64,000 bases of DNA from an uncultured Oscillospiraceae bacterium (GCA_910588145.1 CAJUPO010000002.1:32871-96870); one strand, 5' to 3'; counted from the stretch's first letter, positions 1 to 10,155 are shown. The notes: a model not told the origin generated them from the letters alone. Numbers and translations are program-made.

Positions 1-59
1 GCTAGAGTACTCGGTTCATACCCGATTGGTCGTTGGTTCAAATCCTACTGCCGCTACCA
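1..59 (+). tRNA. tRNA-Met(CAT), probably elongator; 5' end outside the window
   Basis: Anticodon arm TCGG-TTCATAC-CCGA, T-loop GGTTCAAATCC, 3' ACCA. Confidence 0.88.
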
Positions 60-64
60 AATAT

Positions 65-139
65 GGCCCGTTGGTCAAGAGGTTAAGACACCGCCCTTTC
101 ACGGCGGAATCATGGGTTCAATTCCCGTACGGGTCACCA
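65..139 (+). tRNA. tRNA-Glu(TTC)
   Basis: GGCCCGT..ACGGGTC-ACCA acceptor stem; CCGCC-CTTTCAC-GGCGG anticodon arm; GGTTCAATTCC. Confidence 0.95.
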
Positions 140-180
140 AGAAAGAGTTATCAGAATATCTGATAACTCTTTCTGTTTTA
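140..180 (+). terminator. Intrinsic terminator after the tRNA cluster
   Basis: 16-bp inverted repeat AGAAAGAGTTATCAGA-ata-TCTGATAACTCTTTCT followed by a T-rich run. Confidence 0.8.
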
Positions 181-330
181 TTTTTGTTTTATAATAATTT
201 AGTATTAAGCAATGAAAGTTGAAAATTTAGAATTGACCAATGATATCTGCAATATGGTTAACTGTTTTTATAGCGGAATAAACTAAGTTTATTCCGCTAT
301 TTTCATTAAGACACTTATAACAGAAAAAAC

Positions 331-365
331 AAAAAGAGAGTTTACTTTAAGTAAACTCTCTTTTT
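331..365 (-). terminator. Intrinsic terminator for tRNA-Leu
   Basis: AAAAAGAGAGTTTACT-tta-AGTAAACTCTCTTTTT perfect inverted repeat. Confidence 0.75.
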
Positions 366-384
366 AACGCTGATAACAATCAGC

Positions 385-469
<85 letters not shown>

Positions 470-582
470 ATGACAATTATTATATCACAAAAAAAATTAT
501 TTGTCAATACCCAAAAAAGAAGTAATATTTTTTTAAGCGGCCGCATATAAATATTATAAAAAAACAAAGGAGCCAAAAGAGA

Positions 583-867
583 ATGATTACTGATGATAAA
601 AAAGGTTCAGCAGTACATAATGTAATAATGGAAAACAGAAAGAGCCTCACGATTTCAGGGGTAACAGATGTTGACTGTTTTAATGAAAGGTGCATCAATT
701 TGTACACCCAATTAGGCGAGCTTGTTATAAAGGGCAGGGATCTGCATATAAACGAAGTAAGCGTAGACACCGGAGACATGACGGTTGAAGGGGATATATG
801 GGCTTTGATTTACGGGGACAAGGATAAACACGGAGCAGTTTCTCTGATAGGAAAGCTGTTTCGGTAG
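583..867 (+). CDS. yabP: Sporulation protein YabP
   Basis: HxVxMENRKxLTISGVTDVDxF motif; yabP-yabQ-divIC-S1 synteny. Confidence 0.92.
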   Translation: MITDDKKGSAVHNVIMENRKSLTISGVTDVDCFNERCINLYTQLGELVIKGRDLHINEVSVDTGDMTVEGDIWALIYGDKDKHGAVSLIGKLFR

Positions 868-879
868 AAAGGCGGAGTA

Positions 880-1440
880 ATGGAAGGTCTTGAAAGCTTT
901 TTTACAGCGTCAGAGCAGCTGCGGCTGTTTGTGCTGTCATGTCTTTTCGGGATTCCGGCAGGAATACTATACGATGTGTTCAGGGTATTGAGGATGTTGG
1001 TCCGGCATAATAAGATTGCTGTTGCGGCAGAGGATATATTGTTTTTCTGTACATATGCAGTTTTTGTCATGAGTTTTACAGTATCTGCTGCACGGAGTGA
1101 ATTTAGATTTTATTTTTGCTTTGGAAATATACTTGGGTTTATAGTATATCATTTTACAGTAGGGAATCTTGTTACTGCGGTACTGAAAAAAATTATTCTG
1201 AGGATAAGAAAAATATTAGGATTCATTTTCAGACCAGTGGGAAAAAAGATTGCACTTTTATGTGAAAAAAAACATGTCTTTTTTGTTAGAACTCTCCAAA
1301 ATATTACCAAGAGTAAAAAAAATGATAAAATTGACTTGATTGATGACAGTAATTTGTTGTATAATAGTAAAAAAGAGAATAAAAAAGACAAAAGAAGGAA
1401 CGTGTGCAGAATTGAAAAGAAAAAGATACAAAAAAACTAA
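880..1440 (+). CDS. yabQ: Spore cortex biosynthesis protein YabQ
   Basis: Hydrophobic N-terminus with YDVFRVLR and EDILF motifs; follows yabP. Confidence 0.85.
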   Translation: MEGLESFFTASEQLRLFVLSCLFGIPAGILYDVFRVLRMLVRHNKIAVAAEDILFFCTYAVFVMSFTVSAARSEFRFYFCFGNILGFIVYHFTVGNLVTAVLKKIILRIRKILGFIFRPVGKKIALLCEKKHVFFVRTLQNITKSKKNDKIDLIDDSNLLYNSKKENKKDKRRNVCRIEKKKIQKN

Positions 1441-1720
1441 GAAAAGGAATCTTTTCTGGTTTGCATCCAGGGTTGTCATAACGGCTCTTGTAATCGGGTG
1501 CGGAGTGTCATTTGTTGTAACAAAGTCAAAATGTGCAGAGATGCAGAAGGAGCTTGACTCCATCGATAAAAAGACCGGCGAACTTGAAGCCGAAAACGTC
1601 GAGCTGCAGCGTATTCTTGATGACGGCGATATGAATGCTTATATGGAGAAAATCGCTATTGAGAATATGAATTATGCATACCCGAACGAACGAAGATATT
1701 ATGATACGTCAAGAAATTAA
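1412..1720 (+). CDS. divIC: Septum formation initiator (DivIC/FtsB family); start uncertain, TTG 1412 preferred
   Basis: Basic N-terminus, one TM helix, coiled coil, C-terminal YMEKIAxExMNYAYPNERRYYD. Confidence 0.75.
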   Translation: MKRKRYKKTKKRNLFWFASRVVITALVIGCGVSFVVTKSKCAEMQKELDSIDKKTGELEAENVELQRILDDGDMNAYMEKIAIENMNYAYPNERRYYDTSRN

Positions 1721-1765
1721 GCTTACGGGCTTTTTATTTATTATCACGGAGGGAATTTTAAGTTT

Positions 1766-2194
1766 ATGCAGCTTGAGGTTGGAAAAATTTATGATGGCAA
1801 GGTAAAGGGAATCGCACAGTATGGCGCTTTTATTGAAATTGACGGCGCCGGAACAGGAATGGTTCACATTTCGGAGATAGCAAATTCATTTGTTAAGGAT
1901 GTAAACGACTATCTTAAAGAAGGTCAGGAAGTAAAGGTCAAGGTTCTGAACATCAATGATGACGGTAAAATCGCATTGTCTATTAAAAAAGCCAATGAGA
2001 ATGCGGAAGAACAGCTCAGACCGGCAAAGCGTCCTGAACGCAGACCAAATGTGTGGGAGCCTAAAAAGAAGCCTCCTGTAACTGAACTGGGTTTTGAAGA
2101 TATGCTTACAAGATTCAAGCAGAACAGCGAGGAAAAGATTTGCGCCCTAAAGCGCAATACAGAAAGAAAGACCGGTTCAAGAAGAGGCAAATAA
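1766..2194 (+). CDS. S1 RNA-binding domain protein (YabR/YugI-like)
   Basis: GKVKGIAQYGAF...GMVHISEIA S1 domain plus FEDMLTRFKQ tail. Confidence 0.9.
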   Translation: MQLEVGKIYDGKVKGIAQYGAFIEIDGAGTGMVHISEIANSFVKDVNDYLKEGQEVKVKVLNINDDGKIALSIKKANENAEEQLRPAKRPERRPNVWEPKKKPPVTELGFEDMLTRFKQNSEEKICALKRNTERKTGSRRGK

Positions 2195-2275
2195 TATTTT
2201 ACATATTTACTCCATTCGCTTTGCGGATGGAGTTTTTTGTTTTATAAAGTTATCTGTTATAAAATTTTAATGATA

Positions 2276-2326
2276 AACAGTTTATAACACTTGACAACTG
2301 TTATAAACTGTTGTATACTATTATAC
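2276..2326 (+). promoter_or_regulatory. Sigma-A promoter with overlapping inverted-repeat operator (putative GntR/YtrA site)
   Basis: TTGACA(2291)-17-TATACT(2314); 14-bp inverted repeat AACAGTTTATAACA / TGTTATAAACTGTT flanks the -35. Confidence 0.7.
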
Positions 2327-2347
2327 ATGAAGGAGGAAAAGTCATAA

Positions 2348-2719
2348 ATGAAAATAATAATCAATATAACATTAATGGTTCCCATATATGAGCAGGTTGC
2401 AGACCAAATAAAAACACTTATACGTAATGGAGAACTGAAAGAAAACGATAATCTGCCGTCCGTTCGCACATTATCCAAGGAATTAAGAATAAGCGCTTTA
2501 ACTGTAAAAAAGGCTTATGACTATTTGGAAAGTGAAGGATTTACCGTTACTGTACACGGAAAAGGAACATACGTTTCAGCCACGAATACAGAACTTTTAC
2601 TTGAAGAGCAAAAAAAGGAACTGGAAGCGGATTTAGAGCAGGCTATACAAAAAGGAAGACGCTGCGGTATTAGTGATGAAGATATAAAGAGTTTATTTGA
2701 ATTGATTTTGGAGGGATAA
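2348..2719 (+). CDS. GntR-family (YtrA subfamily) transcriptional regulator
   Basis: PIYEQ...LPSVRTLS...TVKKAY...GKGTYV winged HTH with a short C-terminal domain, upstream of ABC genes. Confidence 0.93.
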   Translation: MKIIINITLMVPIYEQVADQIKTLIRNGELKENDNLPSVRTLSKELRISALTVKKAYDYLESEGFTVTVHGKGTYVSATNTELLLEEQKKELEADLEQAIQKGRRCGISDEDIKSLFELILEG

Positions 2720-2724
2720 CTTAT

Positions 2725-3523
2725 ATGTTAAAAATCGAACATTTAAAAAAGCATTATAATAATTTCTCACTGGATTGTTCTTTGGAAGTTAAATCAGGCT
2801 GCATAACAGGGCTGATAGGACAGAACGGTTCCGGAAAAAGTACGACCTTCAAAGCACATACAAAGCTTTACTGCAAAGGATAAAGAAAACTTGGGAGTTG
2901 TTCTTTCCGACTCTGGATTCAGCGGATATTTGACAGTTAAAGACATTATCCCGATTTTAAAGAATCTATATAGAAATTTTAATTATACGTTTTTCATAAA
3001 TCAAATACGAAGATTTCAGCTGCCCCTCAATAAGAAAATCAAGGACTTTTCAACAGGCATGAAAGCAAAACTAAAAATGCTGATTGCAATTTCACACAAT
3101 GCAAAGCTATTAATACTGGACGAACCGACATCGGGATTAGATGTAATTGCCAGAGATGAATTACTGGAAATGCTTAGAGAATTTATGGAAGAGGAAGAAG
3201 AACGCTCTGTTCTTATAAGCTCGCATATTTCAAGCGACTTGGAAACCTTATGCGACGATATTTATATGATAAATGACGGAAAAATTATAATGCATGAAGA
3301 TACCGATGTTTTGCTAAGCAATTATGCTTTGCTGAAAACAGATCAAGAGCAATTTAAAAAACTGGATAAACAATTTATTATACGTACAAAGAAAGAGAGT
3401 TATGGATATAGTTGTTTAACGAATCAGAAACAGTATTATATTGAGAATAATCCCAAAATTGCTGTTGAAAAAGGGACAATAGATAATGTAATTGCAATGA
3501 TGATCAGGGGGGAAACAAAATGA
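2725..3523 (+). pseudogene. ABC transporter ATP-binding subunit interrupted by a frameshift near 2857
   Basis: 2725-2883 encodes MLKIEHL...GQNGSGKSTTFKA (Walker A) then stops; signature FSTGM and Walker B LILDEPT continue in another frame. Confidence 0.85.
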
Positions 3524-4173
3524 AAGGTTTATTGATTAAAGATTTAAGGTTAATGAAAGTACAAAAAAATTTTTTCTTTATATTTATTGTCATAGCAATA
3601 GGTATGGGGGCATTTTCCTATAATATATCTTTTATGGTGGGATTTCTGTCGTTTGTTCTATCGCTTTTTACCCTAAGTACGATAAGTTATGATGAATTTG
3701 ATAACGGCAATGCATTTTTATTTACATTGCCGATTAGCCGCACAAGCTATACCGCTGAAAAATATTGTCTTGCTCTTTTGCTTGGGGGCGGCTCATGGAT
3801 TTTTGCGTCAATTTTAGCTGTTATTTTCGGTATATTAAATAATACAGCAGATTTTTCGGAAATAGCTATGACTGCTTTAGCAATTTTACCTGTACTGATT
3901 GTGATACAGTCAGTTATGATACCGTTTCAGCTTAAATACGGAGGGGAAAAGGGACGAATTGCACTTATCGGTGCATTGGGACTATTGTTTATTGTGGGAA
4001 TTGCATTTGTAAAGATAGCTGAAATGCTTGGAATTGACATAATAAAAGTTATTGATAATTTACCGATGGTTAGTATGGGTGTAATGGCAGCAATTATTTT
4101 CTTTGCCGTGGTTATTATTTTATTTATATCTGTAAAAATCAGTATTTCTATTATGAAATGCAAAGAATTTTAG
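3520..4173 (+). CDS. ABC-2 type transporter permease
   Basis: MKGLLIKD start, TISYDEFDNG..FLFTLPISR..Y..EKY motif, about 6 TM segments. Confidence 0.9.
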   Translation: MKGLLIKDLRLMKVQKNFFFIFIVIAIGMGAFSYNISFMVGFLSFVLSLFTLSTISYDEFDNGNAFLFTLPISRTSYTAEKYCLALLLGGGSWIFASILAVIFGILNNTADFSEIAMTALAILPVLIVIQSVMIPFQLKYGGEKGRIALIGALGLLFIVGIAFVKIAEMLGIDIIKVIDNLPMVSMGVMAAIIFFAVVIILFISVKISISIMKCKEF

Positions 4174-4198
4174 GGAAAAGTACAGTACTTATTTAAAA

Positions 4199-4236
4199 AA
4201 AAAACCCCGATTCAGAAAACTGAATCGGGGTTTTTT
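4199..4236. terminator. Bidirectional intrinsic terminator
   Basis: AAAAAACCCCGATTCAG-aaaa-CTGAATCGGGGTTTTTT between convergent genes. Confidence 0.85.
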
Positions 4237-4246
4237 AAGATTGTTC

Positions 4247-4954
4247 CTATACTGCCAAGGCTGTTTTAAGCGCAATTTCCATCATGTCTGTAAATCCTGA
4301 CTGGCGTTCCTGAGCGGTTGTTGAAAGGTTTTTTAGCGGACAATCTGAAACAGTCAGTATGCAGAGAGCATTTTTTCCAAGTCTTGCGGCATTCATATAA
4401 AGGGCGGCTGATTCCATTTCCACTGCAAGGACATTCATTTTTTTCCACATAGCTAAGGATTCTGAATCGTCATAAAAGATATCGCTTGAAAGAATATTTC
4501 CAACATGAAAGACAGCGCCCTGATTAACAGCGGCTTCTGCCGCAGATTTTAAGAGCTTATATGAAGCAGTAGGAGCAAATGTTCCGGGCAGACCATACTG
4601 CACAGCATAATTTGAATTAGTGCATGAGCCCATACCTATTACAATATCTCTGAGATTCACTTCATCGGATATACTTCCGGCTGTTCCGACTCTTATGATA
4701 TTTTCAACTCCGTATTCAGTGTAAAGCTCATGGGAGTATATTCCAATGGACGGCATACCCATTCCGCTTCCCTGAACAGAAATTGTTTTTCCGTTGTATG
4801 TGCCGGTAAAACCGAGCATTCCCCTTACGCTGTTGTAGCAGACAGGGTTGTCAAGATAAGTTTTTGCTATAAATTCGGCTCTGAGGGGATCCCCCGGCAT
4901 AAGAACAGTTTTTGCTATATCTCCCGGTTTTGCGTTGTTGTGAGGTGTAGGCAT
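4247..4954 (-). CDS. deoD: Purine-nucleoside phosphorylase, DeoD type
   Basis: MPTPHNNA, MPGDPLRA, GMGMPS, AVEME motifs. Confidence 0.96.
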   Translation of the reverse strand: MPTPHNNAKPGDIAKTVLMPGDPLRAEFIAKTYLDNPVCYNSVRGMLGFTGTYNGKTISVQGSGMGMPSIGIYSHELYTEYGVENIIRVGTAGSISDEVNLRDIVIGMGSCTNSNYAVQYGLPGTFAPTASYKLLKSAAEAAVNQGAVFHVGNILSSDIFYDDSESLAMWKKMNVLAVEMESAALYMNAARLGKNALCILTVSDCPLKNLSTTAQERQSGFTDMMEIALKTALAV

Positions 4955-5017
4955 ATTTATTCATCCTTTCGCTTTTTATTACAGTATAGCAAATTTGGGA
5001 AGAATATACAAGGTAAA

Positions 5018-7648
5018 TTAATAATTTTTCTTTTTTTCAGTCAGTGAAAATAAACTTGACATTACTGGAACAGCGAAGGAGAATCCGAGGGATATAAGGA
5101 GGGGAGTCTTTTCCAGTGCAGAGGTGTTGAAAATCATCTGAACTGAGGGGAGATACATAGAAACAAGCAGTACAGCAAGGGAAATCAGAACGGCAAGTAT
5201 AAGCTTAATATTGTCAAAATAATTTATGCCGAATAGTCCCTTTTCTTCGGATTTGCATTCAAATACGTGTATAAGCTGAGAGAATACGAGAGTAGCAAGA
5301 GCGCCTGTTCTTGCGGCTTCAATGCTGCATCCTGTTTTAAGAAGAGTGCTGAAGCATCCAAGGGTGCATAAGCCGATCATAATGCCGCGGAAAATAATTT
5401 TGGACATAAGACCTCCGGCAAAGAAGCTTTCGTCTGAACGTCTGGGCTTTTTTGTCATAACATTGCTTCCGCATGGCTCCATACCGAGAGCGATTGCCGG
5501 CAGGCCGTCAGTAACAAGATTAACAAGCAGAAGCTGTACCGGAAGAAGAACCATGGGGAATCCCATGAGAATGCCTAAGAACATAGTGATAACCTCGCCG
5601 ATATTGCATGAGAGCAGATATCTTACGAATTTTCTGATATTTGCATAAATACCCCGTCCCTGTTCCACTGCTTTGACAAGGGTTGCGAAATTGTCGTCGA
5701 GAAGTATAACGTCTGCGGCTTGTTTTGTTACATCTGTTCCGGTAATGCCCATTGCCACGCCAACGTCGGCTTCTTTTATTGCAGGAGCGTCGTTAACGCC
5801 GTCACCGGTCATTGTTACGATATGGTTTTTTCGTTTAAACGCCTGAACAAGCCTTAGCTTATGGCTGGGATTTACTCTTGCAAAAACACGGCATTTATCA
5901 AGTTCACGGTCAAGTTCCGGGTCGCTCAGCCTGTCAAGCTCTGCCCCTGTTATAACAGAAGTACCGTCTGATATGCCTGCCTGCTTTGCTATTGCAGCGG
6001 CGGTATCCTTGTGGTCGCCTGTGATCATAACAGTGCGGATATGAGCCTTGCGGCATTTGCGGATAGCTTCCTTGGCTTCTTCTCTGGGTGGATCCTGCAT
6101 AGCTGAAAGTCCGAGGAAAACCAGTCCGTTGTCAGCGGTTTTACTCTGTTTCTGGGCATGTGCAATAACTCTCAGAGCACGTGAGGAAAGTGAGCTTATT
6201 TCACGTTCGATTTTTGCTTTATCTGAAGCGTTAAGAGGAATTACTCCTCCTGACGTCATTAAAAAGCCGCATTTCTCAAGAAGAATATCAGGAGCGCCTT
6301 TGACGTATGAAATAAAATCTCCTGACGGAGAACGCATTACAACAGTCATCATTTTAGTTTCGCTGTCAAACGGTATTTCCGAGATTTTTCTGAATCCGGA
6401 AAGCTTTCCGGCTGTGACGCCTCCCTTTGCGGCGCTTATAAGCAGAGCCGTTTCGGTTGGATCACCGTTTACTGTCCACTCCCTGTTTTTTCCGGGTGCG
6501 CATCTGTCACGGTTATGGGACGGCTTTTCTGCGGAAATTGACGCCGTTGTACAGAATACGGAACATCTGAGAAGTTCGTTAAGGGGTGAAATATTAACCG
6601 GATTGATTTTGCTTCCGCTGAGACTGATTTCTCCCTCGGTTCTGTTTCCGTTTCCCGAGACATCGTATTCAGTCATATTGCTGTAAATATGGCGGACCGT
6701 CATTTTGTTTTCTGTAATAGTTCCGGTTTTGTCCGAACAGATTACCGAAGCGCAGCCCAGTGTTTCTACACTGTGCAGACGATTAACCAGCGCCTTTTGC
6801 TTAAGCATACGGTTAACGGCAAGGGCAAGGGCTATGGTTACGGTAGCGGGAAGCCCCTCCGGAATAGCGGCAATGGCAATAGTAATACCGGTCATCAGCA
6901 TATCAAAAACCGGTTCACCCCGCAGTACCCCTGCAAGGAATACTATAATGCATATTACTATACAAAGGAACGCCACAATTTTTCCAAGCTCTCCAAGACG
7001 CTTCTGCAAAGGCGTTTCACCCTGGTCGATGTCATTGATCATGCCCGAAATTTTACCTATTTGAGCGTTTCTTCCAGTGGCAATTACAACGGCTTTTCCG
7101 TTTCCTCCGGTGACTACGGTTCCGGAATATGCAATGCAGCTTCTTCCCGGGGAATTGTCCTTGTCGTCTTCTGAACCGGAAACCTTTGAAGCAGGTTCTG
7201 ATTCTCCGGTAAGCATTGATTCGTCGGCATAAAGCCTGTTTGATGAAATAATTACGCTGTCTGCCGGAACCTTATCTCCCGTTTCGATTTCGATAACATC
7301 TCCCGGAACAAGCTCAGAAGCGGCAATTACAGAAAGCTTGCCGTCCCTGTAAGTCTTAGCGGAGGGAGCCGTCATGTTTTTCAGAGCCTCAAGAGTCTTT
7401 TCAGTTCTGTATTCCTGTATGAAACCTAAAACAGCATTTAGAAAAACTATGAGTATAATAGTTACAGCGTCGTAGATTTCGCCCAGCAGAAATGATATTG
7501 CCGTTGCTCCGAGAAGGATCATAACCATAACGTCCTTAAACTGTCCGGCAAAAATTTTAAGCGCTCCCGGACCTTTTTTTTCTTCGATTGTGTTTGGTCC
7601 AAAGGATTCAAGCCGTTTTTTTGCCTCCTGATTTGTTAATCCTGTCAT
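5018..7648 (-). CDS. Cation (Ca2+)-transporting P-type ATPase (YloB-like)
   Basis: TGES, PEGL, DKTGT, KGAP, TGDGVND motifs. Confidence 0.95.
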   Translation of the reverse strand: MTGLTNQEAKKRLESFGPNTIEEKKGPGALKIFAGQFKDVMVMILLGATAISFLLGEIYDAVTIILIVFLNAVLGFIQEYRTEKTLEALKNMTAPSAKTYRDGKLSVIAASELVPGDVIEIETGDKVPADSVIISSNRLYADESMLTGESEPASKVSGSEDDKDNSPGRSCIAYSGTVVTGGNGKAVVIATGRNAQIGKISGMINDIDQGETPLQKRLGELGKIVAFLCIVICIIVFLAGVLRGEPVFDMLMTGITIAIAAIPEGLPATVTIALALAVNRMLKQKALVNRLHSVETLGCASVICSDKTGTITENKMTVRHIYSNMTEYDVSGNGNRTEGEISLSGSKINPVNISPLNELLRCSVFCTTASISAEKPSHNRDRCAPGKNREWTVNGDPTETALLISAAKGGVTAGKLSGFRKISEIPFDSETKMMTVVMRSPSGDFISYVKGAPDILLEKCGFLMTSGGVIPLNASDKAKIEREISSLSSRALRVIAHAQKQSKTADNGLVFLGLSAMQDPPREEAKEAIRKCRKAHIRTVMITGDHKDTAAAIAKQAGISDGTSVITGAELDRLSDPELDRELDKCRVFARVNPSHKLRLVQAFKRKNHIVTMTGDGVNDAPAIKEADVGVAMGITGTDVTKQAADVILLDDNFATLVKAVEQGRGIYANIRKFVRYLLSCNIGEVITMFLGILMGFPMVLLPVQLLLVNLVTDGLPAIALGMEPCGSNVMTKKPRRSDESFFAGGLMSKIIFRGIMIGLCTLGCFSTLLKTGCSIEAARTGALATLVFSQLIHVFECKSEEKGLFGINYFDNIKLILAVLISLAVLLVSMYLPSVQMIFNTSALEKTPLLISLGFSFAVPVMSSLFSLTEKKKNY

Positions 7649-7888
7649 AGAAAAAGTCTCCTTTATATGTTGTCCTTAAATACTATGATAGAAAATATAT
7701 GTTAATGAGTTTTCGGAGATGTTTTTATACTGTAAATGAAATGAAAATTATAATTGTGCGCTGTTTTTACTGTAAAAACCGCAATTGTTAAGAAATAGAC
7801 AATTTTTTATTGACTTATAAATGCAAAAATAGTATAATATAGTAGTATTGGATTTTATAAAAGTAAAAATATATTGGAGGTCTTTTTA

Positions 7889-8968
7889 ATGAGCAGAGTT
7901 TATAATTTCAGCGCCGGTCCCGCTGCGCTTCCCGAAGAAGTATTGCAGCGTGCAGCTGACGAAATGCTTGAATACGGGGACAGCGGACAGTCTGTAATGG
8001 AAATGTCACACCGTTCAAAGGAATATCAGGCAATTATTGATTCCGCCGAATCGCTTCTCAGAGAAATAATGTCTATTCCTGACAATTATAAGGTGCTTTT
8101 CCTTCAGGGCGGAGCTTCCTCACAGTTTGCAATGATTCCGCTGAACCTTATGACAACAGGTAAGGCTGATTTTATAGTAACTGGTCAGTGGGCAAACAAA
8201 GCATATCAGGAAGCAAGCAGATACGGTGACTGCAAAATTGTAGCTTCATCAAAGGATAAGACTTTCTCATACATTCCTGAAATAGATAATTCAGAATTCA
8301 GACCGGACGCTTCATATGTTCATATATGTCAGAATAATACAATTTACGGAACACGCTTTTCTGATATTCCGGAAACAGGAAATGTTCCTCTTATAGCAGA
8401 TATGTCATCATGCATTCTTTCTGAACCGGTAGACGTTTCAAAATATGCTGTGATCTATGCAGGCGCTCAGAAAAATATGGGTCCTGCCGGACTGACGGTT
8501 GTTATTATCAGGGAAGATCTTATCGGCAATGCAAGAGAAACTACTCCAACAATGTTCAATTATCAGATTCATGCTGATAACGGTTCAATGTATAACACTC
8601 CTCCTACATACGGAATTTATATTCTGAAGCTTGTTCTTGAATGGGTAAAGAGCAAGGGCGGACTATCCGCAATGAAAGAATATAATGAAAAGAAAGCCGC
8701 TGTTCTTTATGATTACCTTGACAGCTCGTCACTTTTCAGTGCGACAGTTCAGGGCAGGGACCGCTCTCTTATGAATGTTCCGTTTGTAACAGGAAACGAG
8801 GAGCTTGACGCTAAGTTTGTTTCCGAAGCTAAGAAAGCAGGCTTTATCAATATTAAGGGACACCGTTCAGTAGGCGGCATGAGAGCTTCCATTTACAATG
8901 CAATGTCTATGGAAGGCGTTGAAAAGCTTGTTGCATTCATGAAAAAATTTGAGGCTGAAAATGCCTGA
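7889..8968 (+). CDS. serC: Phosphoserine aminotransferase
   Basis: NFSAGPA, EMSHRS, AGAQKN, GHRSVGGMRAS; SD GGAGG before ATG 7889. Confidence 0.97.
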   Translation: MSRVYNFSAGPAALPEEVLQRAADEMLEYGDSGQSVMEMSHRSKEYQAIIDSAESLLREIMSIPDNYKVLFLQGGASSQFAMIPLNLMTTGKADFIVTGQWANKAYQEASRYGDCKIVASSKDKTFSYIPEIDNSEFRPDASYVHICQNNTIYGTRFSDIPETGNVPLIADMSSCILSEPVDVSKYAVIYAGAQKNMGPAGLTVVIIREDLIGNARETTPTMFNYQIHADNGSMYNTPPTYGIYILKLVLEWVKSKGGLSAMKEYNEKKAAVLYDYLDSSSLFSATVQGRDRSLMNVPFVTGNEELDAKFVSEAKKAGFINIKGHRSVGGMRASIYNAMSMEGVEKLVAFMKKFEAENA

Positions 8969-8991
8969 TTACAAATCGGAGGCAATGTAAA

Positions 8992-10155
8992 ATGTATAAT
9001 ATACAGACATTAAATAAAATTTCATCAGTAGGTACTGATAAGTTTAACAAGGCAAAGTATCATATTGCCGATTCAATAGAGAATCCTGACGCAATAATGG
9101 TTCGTTCCGCCAAAATGCACGAAATGGAATTTGGCTCAAATCTTGTGGCAATTGCAAGAGCCGGAGCAGGCGTTAACAATATTCCGGTTGAAAAGTGCGC
9201 TGAAGCAGGAATCTGCGTATTCAACACTCCCGGCGCTAATGCAAATGCCGTAAAAGAGCTTGTTGTAACAGGACTTCTCCTTTCTTCAAGAAAGATTCCG
9301 GAAGCAATGGCATGGGTAAAGACTATCAGCAATGAAGGCGATCAGGTTCCGGCTTTGGTTGAAAAGGGAAAGGCTCAGTTTGTAGGTCCTGAAATTTCAG
9401 GAAAAACACTCGGTATAATCGGACTTGGCGCAATAGGCGCTCTTGTAGCTAATACAGCTATTGCACTGGGCATGAAGGTTGTGGGAACTGATCCGTTTCT
9501 CTCAGTAAACGCTGCCCTCAAGCTTGACCCGACTGTAAAGGTTGTGCCGTCTGCTGATGAAGTTTATGCTGAAGCTGATTATCTGACAATCCACGTTCCT
9601 TACAATGCAGATACAAAGGGATTCATTAATTCTGACACAATGTGCAAGATGAAGGACGGCGTAAGAATCCTGAATTTTGCAAGAGGAGAGCTTGTAAATA
9701 ATACAGACGTAATCGCTGCTCTTAAATCCGGTAAGGTTTCATGCTATGTAACAGATTTTCCGAACGCTGAAACAGCAGATGCAGCTGGAATTATTGCAAT
9801 TCCGCATCTGGGTGCTTCAACGCCTGAAAGTGAAGATAACTGTGCAATGATGGCTGCTGACGAGCTTATTGATTACATTGAAAACGGAAATATCCGCAAC
9901 AGTGTAAATTATCCTAATGCTTCAATGAATGCAGCCGGAACAAAGGTTTGCGTACTGCATAAAAATGTTCCTGCTATTATTGCTCAGATCACTTCTGCCG
10001 TTGCAGACGCAGGACTTAATATTGATAATATGGTTAATGCAAGCAAGAAGGATTACGCTTATACGCTTCTTGACGTTGCAGGAAATGTAACAGATGAAGT
10101 TGCAGAGAAGATCTCAGCGTCTGAGGGCATTGTAAAGGTGAGAGTTATAAAGTAA
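8992..10155 (+). CDS. serA: D-3-phosphoglycerate dehydrogenase with C-terminal ACT domain
   Basis: RAGAGVNNI, GLGAIG, PHLGASTPE; follows serC. Confidence 0.92.
   Translation: MYNIQTLNKISSVGTDKFNKAKYHIADSIENPDAIMVRSAKMHEMEFGSNLVAIARAGAGVNNIPVEKCAEAGICVFNTPGANANAVKELVVTGLLLSSRKIPEAMAWVKTISNEGDQVPALVEKGKAQFVGPEISGKTLGIIGLGAIGALVANTAIALGMKVVGTDPFLSVNAALKLDPTVKVVPSADEVYAEADYLTIHVPYNADTKGFINSDTMCKMKDGVRILNFARGELVNNTDVIAALKSGKVSCYVTDFPNAETADAAGIIAIPHLGASTPESEDNCAMMAADELIDYIENGNIRNSVNYPNASMNAAGTKVCVLHKNVPAIIAQITSAVADAGLNIDNMVNASKKDYAYTLLDVAGNVTDEVAEKISASEGIVKVRVIK

Noticed and set aside
212..300. 24-codon ORF (MKVENLEL...) and an extra 14-bp hairpin (270-300) between the tRNA terminators
   Set aside because: No SD and no recognisable product; the hairpin is most simply a leftover or second terminator, and no att duplication of a tRNA 3' end is visible
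5322..7174. Long antisense ORFs within the P-type ATPase (and similar ones in infB, leuB, dnaX)
   Set aside because: Shadow frames of well-conserved genes with no independent signals
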